Origin: an uncultured bacterium
Lineage (GTDB): Bacteria > JAJVIF01 > JAPKYR01
Assembly (NCBI GenBank): GCA_965369865.1
Contig: CBDURU010000051.1
Location: 1 to 23,132 of the forward strand
Direction: 5' to 3'
Length of the DNA stretch: 23,132 nucleotides
The position numbers were made by a program, and so were the translations under genes. Shown here in pieces: positions 15,793 to 23,132 of this stretch. The notes beneath the pieces were generated by a model. It did not search any database. It was not told the origin of the DNA and worked only from the letters and a program-made list of their open reading frames with translations. Each line of letters begins with the position of its first letter. Positions within the stretch are counted from its first letter, which is position 1.

Positions 15793-15821
15793 TTGTTAAA
15801 ATTGTATATGTTTGATAGAAT
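15793..15821 (+). promoter_or_regulatory. Putative sigma70 promoter of the giant lipoprotein gene
   Basis: TTGTTA-N17-TAGAAT with an extended -10 TG; GGAGG RBS at 15897-15901. Confidence 0.65.
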
Positions 15822-15907
15822 TTAAGGACATTCTCGCATCTTAAATTGTTGTATGGTTTTAGATATTTCTTCACGCAGGACTCGAGTGAAAAACTTGGAG
15901 GTCAATT

Positions 15908-18900
15908 GTGTATAAATTAACGAGGATTGTGCGCGCACTTATTATGTGCCTGCTGCTACTGCTATTTTTAATCGGGTGTTCGACAGGTTCATCAAACCCG
16001 ACTCAACCATCGCTTGACAGCCAGAACGAGGAATCCGGAGATAATATTCCGGGAGTTGAGGTTACGCCAACAGGCCCAGCCCAGCCGGTCGGGGCGGTTC
16101 CTAAAGAGTCCGGATCATATCCGGGAGCCCTGCCGTGGGGATTCTACGATGTTACGTGGGATGGCGTTTCGACTGAATTTACAGTAACCCCGCTACGATC
16201 CGCTGATTTCACCCTGAATATCCTGAATTTCCTCCAGGAGCCAATGGGCAATCCTGCTAATTTCGGGGTTGAAGTTACCGATCTCAGCCAGATTGTTGAG
16301 GGAATAATCGGGGTCGATATCATTATAACCCACCCATTTCCACTGGCATCGGTGACAGCGTTCGATGCGATGGTTGTCATTTACGGTGACGGATCGATCC
16401 AGAGCGATGAAGATCCGGACGTCATATACGCAAGTGACGACAACCTCCTTGTATTGAACGCGGATGCTTACACGCGATGGATGAATCCGGTCGAATTTCC
16501 GTTACCTGGGCTTTTAGGGTTCACGGAAGGTGCATTTGGAACCAAGGACGCGGGTTTCACCGCCACAATTAACGGGTACAAATACTACGCTTCCGGTATT
16601 GGATCAACCGAAACTGTTGATGAGTTCTTCTCAGACCCAGCCAACGTTGAAAATCGGGGAGCATGGTTGCCGGCTTCCGTAGTTACAAGGAATTTCGTGC
16701 TGAAATTCGCCAAGATTGATGATAAGTTTGATTTAAGATTCCAGTACGGCGTGCTCGTTCACTGGGATCAGGCTGTCGATGACGAAGGTCAGCCGATTGA
16801 GGACCCTGTAATCGAGGATTTTCCGCCGGAAGCTAACCAGGCTGAGGCAATTTACCTGGCGGTGGACCCGTCGGCAAGTACCGCATATTATGTCGATGAG
16901 ACCGAACTCGGCGGGAATTTGATCCTCGATATCACAATCTATGACTGGCAGGGAGAGCTTTCTCCCGAAGGCGTTGTCGACCAGGTTTCAGAGCTTGTTG
17001 TGGAAGCTCCATCGGGTATGATAACAGGCGGGGTTTCATTCTCGACGCTCGATCTTTTAAGCGCTCAGACCTCCAGCGGACCCAATTTCGCCGAGGTACT
17101 TCTGGAAATCCCCGATGTGGCCCCTACCGGGTTGGATGAAGAAATACTAATAATCGTAAAATCGACCGACCCTGACTCATACGACCAGGGTTTAGGGACC
17201 AACTACCCTGAAGGTGCGGTTCTGGCCGCGTATAAACGTCTACAGGTTCCGATCAGCGATGTGAAACCGAATGAATTACCTGTGATCGACGAGATGACTG
17301 GTGAAACAGCGGTGAATTGTTTTATCGGTGAAGAGGAATACTCTGTCGTCGCTCACGATCCGGACCCCGGAGATATCCTGACTTACAAATGGGAAGTTAC
17401 GCCCGACGCGGTTCTCCCCACTTTTGAAACTCCAATCAGTACAAATGACTCATGCATAATCGACTGGGCAGACAATGTCACGTGGCCGTTCGGTGAATGG
17501 GATGTCTGGGTACAGGTTTCGGATGGAAAAGCTTTTGCACAGGACCATCTCGATGTGACTAAATCAGAAGAGCAGCTTGTAGCCGGTGCGATCTCAGCAC
17601 CTTCTGAATCCACCGATAATGTCCAATGCACGACCGTTGGGGAATACACCGCAAACGCCAGCGACTGCGAACCTTTGAATATCCTTGAATACCGGTTCAT
17701 ACGCAAATACACAACTGATCCAACCCCCCCCGATGCTTCCGATCCGGAATGGTCATCGTGGCAATTGGATACAACAGCTTATCTTCTCTGGGACGATACC
17801 GGGACAGGCGACTGGCGTCTCTGGTATGAAGTCAGACGGCAATCTGAGCCTTCAGTGATGGACACTTCGCCAGCCTATGAAGTAACACGTTCAAACACGC
17901 CGCCGGATGTCCCGACTCCAACGGGTCCTGATACCGTTACATGCGAGGGTTCATATGATTTCTATGATGCCACAGAAGACTGCGACCTGGATGATATATT
18001 GACTCAACAGGTATATATGTCAACTGATCCCGGTTCTCTTGTAGGTGGCGATTGGGAGAATTATGAGGATGCGATAGATCTCAATTTCCTCGGAGTCCCA
18101 ATAGGAACTTACTGGATGTTTATCCGTGCGGATGATGGTTTCGGATGGGTGCTGTGCGATGTTCCGCTGCAATTTGAAGTTGCAAACGTTGCACCATCGC
18201 TTGAGCATGAACCCGAGGGACAGACCTCGGTGCCGTGCGGAGGAACGAATAATTATGATGTCGGAACTGTATTCGACTGCAATTCCGAACAATCTATTCA
18301 AAGGTTCTGGATCGTTTCAAATGTCTCGGACCCAATTCCACCAGACCTCGATCCATGGGTCGAATTTCCTGCCCTGGATGAAATAATTACTGTCGACTGG
18401 TCAGGCTATGCTTTGGGCACATGGTTCCTGATCCAGAAAGTAACGGATGGGATCGATCTCGATTCTAATTACCTTGAGATCGAAATTGCCGTAGGGGAAG
18501 TCAGCGTTGGAATTCCATCGGGAGCTGATATTGTCGATTGTGACAACACTTTTGAGCCATACACGGTAGATATAGATTACTGTGGAGGCCCGGTGCCCGA
18601 TCGATGGTGGGGAGTGTCGCAAACAAACACAACCCAGTCGGTTGGGACCTGGATTTCATTCACTGATAATTCATTTAATATCGACTGGTCTGGTTTTCTA
18701 AACGGTCCATCAGGAGACGTGACTTATTACCTGTTTGTGCAGGCGGATGATGGCTCCGGTCCGGTATTTGGACAGTCCCTGGCTGTATTACGGGTCAATT
18801 CTCCACCGGATATCCCAATTATCCCGAATGGAGCGACCACTGTTAGTTGTGCCGGCAGTCCGTATTCATATGATGTGGGCACGGTGTCTGATTGTGATCC

Positions 18901-21088
18901 TGGCGATGTCCTGGTCAGGGAATGGGCTTTAGGAACAAGTCCCGATATCCCGCCACCAACATCATGGTCGATTTTCACCGGAACCGAAATTCTTGTTGAC
19001 TTCACCGGACTTTCTATTGGACCTTATTATCTTTGGCAGCGAGTTACAGATGGCCTTGAATCTTCTATATGTACCGATCCGCTCGATATTACATATGTCA
19101 ACACACCACCCGGCGAACCTGATATTTATGCAGGCCTGGGTTTTATTAATTGCACTTTCGGGTTGATACATCCATACGATGTCACATCATTTAATGACTG
19201 CGATGCAAACCAGGAGCAGATACGCTCGTGGGGCGGGTCATACACGCCATCCTCCGGAGGTGTAACTGGATGGAATTTGTACACCGGAAACACGTTCATG
19301 GTGGATTTCAGTGAATTTACATTTGGAAATATCTACCTGTTCGTCAGGGATTCTGACGGCATTGATACGACAACCGGGACCAGTCCTTATGTGGTCACCT
19401 ACAATAACGTCCCACCCGTAATCGATTCGAATATCTCGGGAGCTGCCCTCGTTTCCCTGGCTGCCGATCCGGTACAACCTTACGATGTAGGAACCTGGTA
19501 CGACTGTGACCCTGGCCAGACAATCACACGCCAATGGGGTGTAAGCACAAGTCCGGCAAGTGAGCCGTCATCGTGGACAACATTCCCGTCAGGCAACACC
19601 ATTATCTCTGTCGACTGGGGGGATTTTGGAGTCGGAACCTGGTACCTGTACCACAGGATTGGTGATGGTGAGGTCTGGTCAGTATCCAATCCGTATCAGG
19701 TTGTAACAGTAATTACAACAGAAAATGTAATCTTTGTAGCTCCACCTTCAATGGGTGGGGATGATGGGAATCCAGGAACCTGGAACTCTCCCATGGCAAC
19801 GTTATCTGTCGGGCTGCAGGAAGCTTCTGACTTGTCCTACAACAACGTCTATGCAGCCTATGGTACTTACACAGAAACTGAAACTGTATGGCTGGTAGAT
19901 GGGATCAATATTATGGGCGGACGTGATCCCGATGAATTCTGGGTGCAGGAACCCGGGGGTTTCAGCATTATTAATGGAGCTACCATTGCTTTCTGGGGTA
20001 CGAATATCACGTCGGCAACATTAATTAAGAGGCTCACCATATTTGCGGCGAATGGCAAATTTTCGCAAAAAAATTCAATTTGTGTATATTTAACGGATTC
20101 TTCCAATGCTCTTATACTTTCAGAAATAGAGTATCATGCAGGTACTGGTTTTTCTGGTATAAATGGATCGTTCGGTTCTAATGGTAGTTATGGCAGTCCC
20201 GGCCAGCAAGGTCAGCCTGGCTGTGAAGATTCAAGTTGGCCGTGCGACAGTTGCTCAGTTCCACATGGTGGCTCGGGAGGTTACAGCCCATGCGGCAGAA
20301 CCGGCGGCTACGGCGGCACTCCCGGGCATGGTAACAGCAATGGTCATCAGGGCGGTAATGGTATCGGCCAGGTTAATTATGGTGAAGGGGGGCAATGGGC
20401 GGATGGAATGTCATGTAAAGGTTATAAAATCCCCGGCTACCACGCCAACGGCGGTGATGGTTATGATGGCGCCAATGGTGGTCATGGAAATGGCGGGAAT
20501 GGGGTAGGTACGGTTTCCGGGGGGCAGTGGATCGGGTCATCCGGCTCGTATGGCAGCTACGGTCAGAACGGTAACGGTGGTGGCGGCGGCGGGGGCGGCC
20601 GTGGAGGAAACTCAGGTTGCGACAGCTATGGCAGTGGAGGCGGCGGCGGCGGCGGCGGGGGTTGCTATGGTACTCCCGGCTATGGAGGTAAAGCGGGTGG
20701 TGGTTCATTCTGCGTATTCGTTAATGGCTCAAACCCGGTAATCTCCTCATGTAAATTCTATGCTGATGTTGGTGGAAGCGGTGGTAATAGCGGTTATGGT
20801 GGAAATGGTGGTTATGGGGCCAATGGTGGGGCTGGCGGACCATATGGGGGCAGTAGCCAGGATGACGCCGGCTGCGGCGGATGGGGAGGAAACGGTGGCG
20901 ACGGCGGCGATGGCGGCCACGGCGGTGGCGGCGGCGGCGGTATCAGCTACTGCATTTATAAATACGGCAGTCCGACACCAACAATACTAGACCCAACCTT
21001 CAATACATCAACAGGCGGAACCGGAGGTTCTGCCCCTCCCGGTGGACATAATGGCGCCAACGGCAATTCTGGTGATAAAAACTGGTAA
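15908..21088 (+). CDS. Giant surface lipoprotein/adhesin-like protein (1726 aa): lipobox, N-terminal domain, eight ~100-aa beta-rich modules, DUF1565-like/beta-helix region, Gly-rich C-terminus
   Basis: GTG start after GGAGG; LLLFLIG-C lipobox; repeated N.PP...G...V.C....YDV...DCD...W...IDW...GTWYL...V.DG; IFVAPP..GDDGNPGT..SPMATL...VYAAYGTY; GGxGG-rich tail. Confidence 0.85.
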   Translation: MYKLTRIVRALIMCLLLLLFLIGCSTGSSNPTQPSLDSQNEESGDNIPGVEVTPTGPAQPVGAVPKESGSYPGALPWGFYDVTWDGVSTEFTVTPLRSADFTLNILNFLQEPMGNPANFGVEVTDLSQIVEGIIGVDIIITHPFPLASVTAFDAMVVIYGDGSIQSDEDPDVIYASDDNLLVLNADAYTRWMNPVEFPLPGLLGFTEGAFGTKDAGFTATINGYKYYASGIGSTETVDEFFSDPANVENRGAWLPASVVTRNFVLKFAKIDDKFDLRFQYGVLVHWDQAVDDEGQPIEDPVIEDFPPEANQAEAIYLAVDPSASTAYYVDETELGGNLILDITIYDWQGELSPEGVVDQVSELVVEAPSGMITGGVSFSTLDLLSAQTSSGPNFAEVLLEIPDVAPTGLDEEILIIVKSTDPDSYDQGLGTNYPEGAVLAAYKRLQVPISDVKPNELPVIDEMTGETAVNCFIGEEEYSVVAHDPDPGDILTYKWEVTPDAVLPTFETPISTNDSCIIDWADNVTWPFGEWDVWVQVSDGKAFAQDHLDVTKSEEQLVAGAISAPSESTDNVQCTTVGEYTANASDCEPLNILEYRFIRKYTTDPTPPDASDPEWSSWQLDTTAYLLWDDTGTGDWRLWYEVRRQSEPSVMDTSPAYEVTRSNTPPDVPTPTGPDTVTCEGSYDFYDATEDCDLDDILTQQVYMSTDPGSLVGGDWENYEDAIDLNFLGVPIGTYWMFIRADDGFGWVLCDVPLQFEVANVAPSLEHEPEGQTSVPCGGTNNYDVGTVFDCNSEQSIQRFWIVSNVSDPIPPDLDPWVEFPALDEIITVDWSGYALGTWFLIQKVTDGIDLDSNYLEIEIAVGEVSVGIPSGADIVDCDNTFEPYTVDIDYCGGPVPDRWWGVSQTNTTQSVGTWISFTDNSFNIDWSGFLNGPSGDVTYYLFVQADDGSGPVFGQSLAVLRVNSPPDIPIIPNGATTVSCAGSPYSYDVGTVSDCDPGDVLVREWALGTSPDIPPPTSWSIFTGTEILVDFTGLSIGPYYLWQRVTDGLESSICTDPLDITYVNTPPGEPDIYAGLGFINCTFGLIHPYDVTSFNDCDANQEQIRSWGGSYTPSSGGVTGWNLYTGNTFMVDFSEFTFGNIYLFVRDSDGIDTTTGTSPYVVTYNNVPPVIDSNISGAALVSLAADPVQPYDVGTWYDCDPGQTITRQWGVSTSPASEPSSWTTFPSGNTIISVDWGDFGVGTWYLYHRIGDGEVWSVSNPYQVVTVITTENVIFVAPPSMGGDDGNPGTWNSPMATLSVGLQEASDLSYNNVYAAYGTYTETETVWLVDGINIMGGRDPDEFWVQEPGGFSIINGATIAFWGTNITSATLIKRLTIFAANGKFSQKNSICVYLTDSSNALILSEIEYHAGTGFSGINGSFGSNGSYGSPGQQGQPGCEDSSWPCDSCSVPHGGSGGYSPCGRTGGYGGTPGHGNSNGHQGGNGIGQVNYGEGGQWADGMSCKGYKIPGYHANGGDGYDGANGGHGNGGNGVGTVSGGQWIGSSGSYGSYGQNGNGGGGGGGGRGGNSGCDSYGSGGGGGGGGGCYGTPGYGGKAGGGSFCVFVNGSNPVISSCKFYADVGGSGGNSGYGGNGGYGANGGAGGPYGGSSQDDAGCGGWGGNGGDGGDGGHGGGGGGGISYCIYKYGSPTPTILDPTFNTSTGGTGGSAPPGGHNGANGNSGDKNW

Positions 21089-21128
21089 TTGATTTCCATC
21101 AACAGAATTAGGTTAAAAAATAAAATAT

Positions 21129-21156
21129 CCCCCCCAATTTAAATGGGGGGTTTTTT
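21129..21156 (+). terminator. Intrinsic terminator after the giant lipoprotein
   Basis: cccccca-atttaaa-tgggggg stem-loop followed by T6. Confidence 0.85.
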
Positions 21157-21180
21157 GTAGTGATCCAGACAAGTCTCCAC

Positions 21181-21237
21181 TTGACACTTTTTACTTTATA
21201 CTTAACATATTGACAAAACCGGGAAGGGTAGTAAACT
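21181..21237 (+). promoter_or_regulatory. Tandem sigma70-like promoters
   Basis: TTGACA(21181)-N16-TAACAT and TTGACA(21210)-N16-TAAACT; GAGGAGG RBS at 21258-21264. Confidence 0.65.
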
Positions 21238-21271
21238 ATTAGTGTAATTATTATCTTGAGGAGGTTGAGAA

Positions 21272-22381
21272 ATGCGTAAGTTTCTATTTCTTTATTTACC
21301 TCGATACACTAGCCTGCATGCCATTTTTGTTATCATAATCCTGTTTCTCATTACTTCATGCGCCTCACAAAAACAGGATGCGCAATTGCCTTTAACGGAT
21401 AACCCGGAGGCAAACCCGGACCCCGGCTTGAAAGTTATCACAACTGAAGAAGACCGGTCGTCCGGTGTCATGCCCTACAACCCGAACGGCTTAAGATGGT
21501 ATGAGTGGCAATCCGGTTACGTTCATTGGGTAGCCGGGATGGCGATGTGGACAAATCGCGATTTAATGGGTTGTGATTTCCCGTTGGATTACGATGAATT
21601 GTTAAGCTCGGGTCTTCTGCCCGTGATCTTTCACAACCGCTATACGGGGGAACCGATTAAAAGCACCGAGGAATATGCGCCCGGTGATATCTTTTACGGT
21701 GTGGATTTATCCACCAGCACATTAACATTCAGCATTCACCGGGGTCCCCTGGATGAGGTATTCGATCCCGAGTCAACCGGCGGCGAGTGGCTTCCATACC
21801 GTGGCAGCCTCAGGGACAGTGTTACGGATGGTAAAACAGTGAAGATGGAAATGGTTCTCGACCCGACTGCCTTTAATAACTCAGTCCCCGCGTCAGAATT
21901 CCGTGAATATTTCAGATTCCCTCTGGATGACGATGCGCGCGTTCGGATTTCCATTGTCTACCAATTCATCAATGATCTTATGTATCAACTGGGAGGGTTC
22001 GTGGATCAAGTCCCGGGATCGCTCGATGATTACATTGCCATGGTCGGTGAGAAAAACCCCGTTGCCTGGATAAATCCTTATACTGGAGAACCAATGAGAC
22101 AGGTTGAATGGTTTAGCGTCCCGCTCTACTACGGCGTAACCAACGACCCGGTCTACGATCCCATGCCGGATATTACACCCGATCCTACCGCGCCTCCACC
22201 ACCCGAGGATATAGCCGGGAACTATGCTTATAAAGTCGGCTCATCACCTATTGCAGATACTGAATTCCGGCCATACGCCCAATTTTACTTTAAACAACCG
22301 GACGGTTCTATTGCCGCGTATCTCGCAATAGGAGTCGGTCCCAAGAATAAGCATGCAGGTGCGCTTAAGTTGGATTTTTGA
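21272..22381 (+). CDS. Hypothetical lipoprotein with two NxYTGEP modules
   Basis: Strong RBS; hydrophobic segment ending LITS-C; internal duplication NRYTGEPIK / NPYTGEPMR. Confidence 0.78.
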   Translation: MRKFLFLYLPRYTSLHAIFVIIILFLITSCASQKQDAQLPLTDNPEANPDPGLKVITTEEDRSSGVMPYNPNGLRWYEWQSGYVHWVAGMAMWTNRDLMGCDFPLDYDELLSSGLLPVIFHNRYTGEPIKSTEEYAPGDIFYGVDLSTSTLTFSIHRGPLDEVFDPESTGGEWLPYRGSLRDSVTDGKTVKMEMVLDPTAFNNSVPASEFREYFRFPLDDDARVRISIVYQFINDLMYQLGGFVDQVPGSLDDYIAMVGEKNPVAWINPYTGEPMRQVEWFSVPLYYGVTNDPVYDPMPDITPDPTAPPPPEDIAGNYAYKVGSSPIADTEFRPYAQFYFKQPDGSIAAYLAIGVGPKNKHAGALKLDF

Positions 22382-22440
22382 ATTGATATTCTGTTACCAG
22401 GATTCTCGCCAGGATAGAAAATTTGAAATTTTTTAAACCT

Positions 22441-22467
22441 CCCCCCAATTTAAATGGGGGGATTTTT
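22441..22467 (+). terminator. Intrinsic terminator nearly identical to 21130-21156
   Basis: ccccccaatttaaatgggggg followed by attttt. Confidence 0.8.
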
Positions 22468-22485
22468 GTTGTAACCTAGACACCG

Positions 22486-22974
22486 ATGAATGTAACCGGC
22501 ATAGAACAATCCCGTTTGTCCCCGCGCAAGCAGAACGCGATCATTATGCTTATCTTTTCAATTGCGTTTATCATCGGCGCGCGATTCATTCTGTCCGATC
22601 CGCAATCCGGCGAACCCCTGCATTTGAAAATTCCGGTTATCGGAGAATTGATAACCCCTTCCTGCCCATCGAAAATTGTAACAGGCGTACCGTGCCCGGT
22701 CTGCGGAATCACCCACTCCATCGCATATATTTCGCATGGCAGGTTAATTAAAGGATTTCGATATCATCCACTGGGACCGTTATTTGCATTATCGATGTTA
22801 CTCGCTATCCCATGGTCGATCGGAATCCTTTTAACGCCCGACACGGAACCGTCTGTTGAAAATAAGGAAATCGCCGCCATCAAACACCGTCGCGTGATGA
22901 TATCAATCGGGGTTTTGATCCTGGCTTCATGGGCGATCAGTGTTGCCCGGAATTACGATCTGATTAACTGGTAA
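22486..22974 (+). CDS. DUF2752 family membrane protein
   Basis: CPSKIVTGVPCPVCGITHSIAYISHG...YHPLG signature with three hydrophobic segments. Confidence 0.88.
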   Translation: MNVTGIEQSRLSPRKQNAIIMLIFSIAFIIGARFILSDPQSGEPLHLKIPVIGELITPSCPSKIVTGVPCPVCGITHSIAYISHGRLIKGFRYHPLGPLFALSMLLAIPWSIGILLTPDTEPSVENKEIAAIKHRRVMISIGVLILASWAISVARNYDLINW

Positions 22975-23026
22975 CTGCCGCCCTATGGTATTATTATAAT
23001 AATGAGACCGTTGCGAAAGTCGCTCT

Positions 23027-23121
23027 GGGGCGCAGCAAGCAGCGCCCCTACGAATAGAAACCGCATGTATAGAGGCTTGTAGCAAGGATAGAGGCTTGTT
23101 GGGGCGCCGCGTGCTGCGCCC
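23027..23121. repeat. Inverted pair of GTAG-type REP palindromes (REPIN-like)
   Basis: Minus strand 23027-23051 reads GTAGGGGCGCTGCTTGCTGCGCCCC; plus strand 23098-23121 reads GTTGGGGCGCCGCGTGCTGCGCCC; atagaggcttgt is duplicated between them (23069-23080, 23088-23099). Confidence 0.85.
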
Positions 23122-23132
23122 AGGTACAAATT

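Noticed and set aside
20570..20945. GGC microsatellite or mycobacterial PE-PGRS gene
   Set aside because: The runs are in-frame glycine codons within the lipoprotein, and there is no PE domain.
23002..23082. 26-aa ORF after a TATAAT box
   Set aside because: It runs through the REP palindrome, has no RBS, and its ATG is too close to that -10 box.

Overview
A 23.1-kb bacterial chromosomal window, probably from a poorly characterised lineage; the yggS-sepF pair hints at a Terrabacteria-type organism (inference). It holds 15 credible CDSs: a secreted 6-repeat beta-propeller protein, an orphan TaqI/Eco57I-like m6A methyltransferase followed by an exported TPR/pseudo-peptidase protein, two tandem membrane-anchored HDOD paralogues, a COG3294-like HD protein, a YgjP/SprT-like HEXXH protein, a 76-aa hypothetical, a DUF72-radical SAM-yggS operon, sepF, a 1726-aa surface lipoprotein, a second lipoprotein and a DUF2752 protein. 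I see no rRNA, tRNA, CRISPR array, transposase, integrase or reverse transcriptase. The most interesting signals are: (1) three adjacent genes that each carry a beta-clamp-binding-like pentapeptide (QLGLF, QDDLF, QISLF), a possible replisome-linked repair module; (2) several unrelated palindromic repeat families, including a perfect 53-bp inverted repeat bracketing 37-2315 and an inverted hairpin pair between yggS and sepF with compensatory changes and conserved mismatches; (3) a cysteine pattern in the giant lipoprotein suggesting inter-module disulfides; (4) a candidate ~110-nt RNA with mutually exclusive hairpins and a terminator. Family assignments come from motif recognition by eye, not from database searches.
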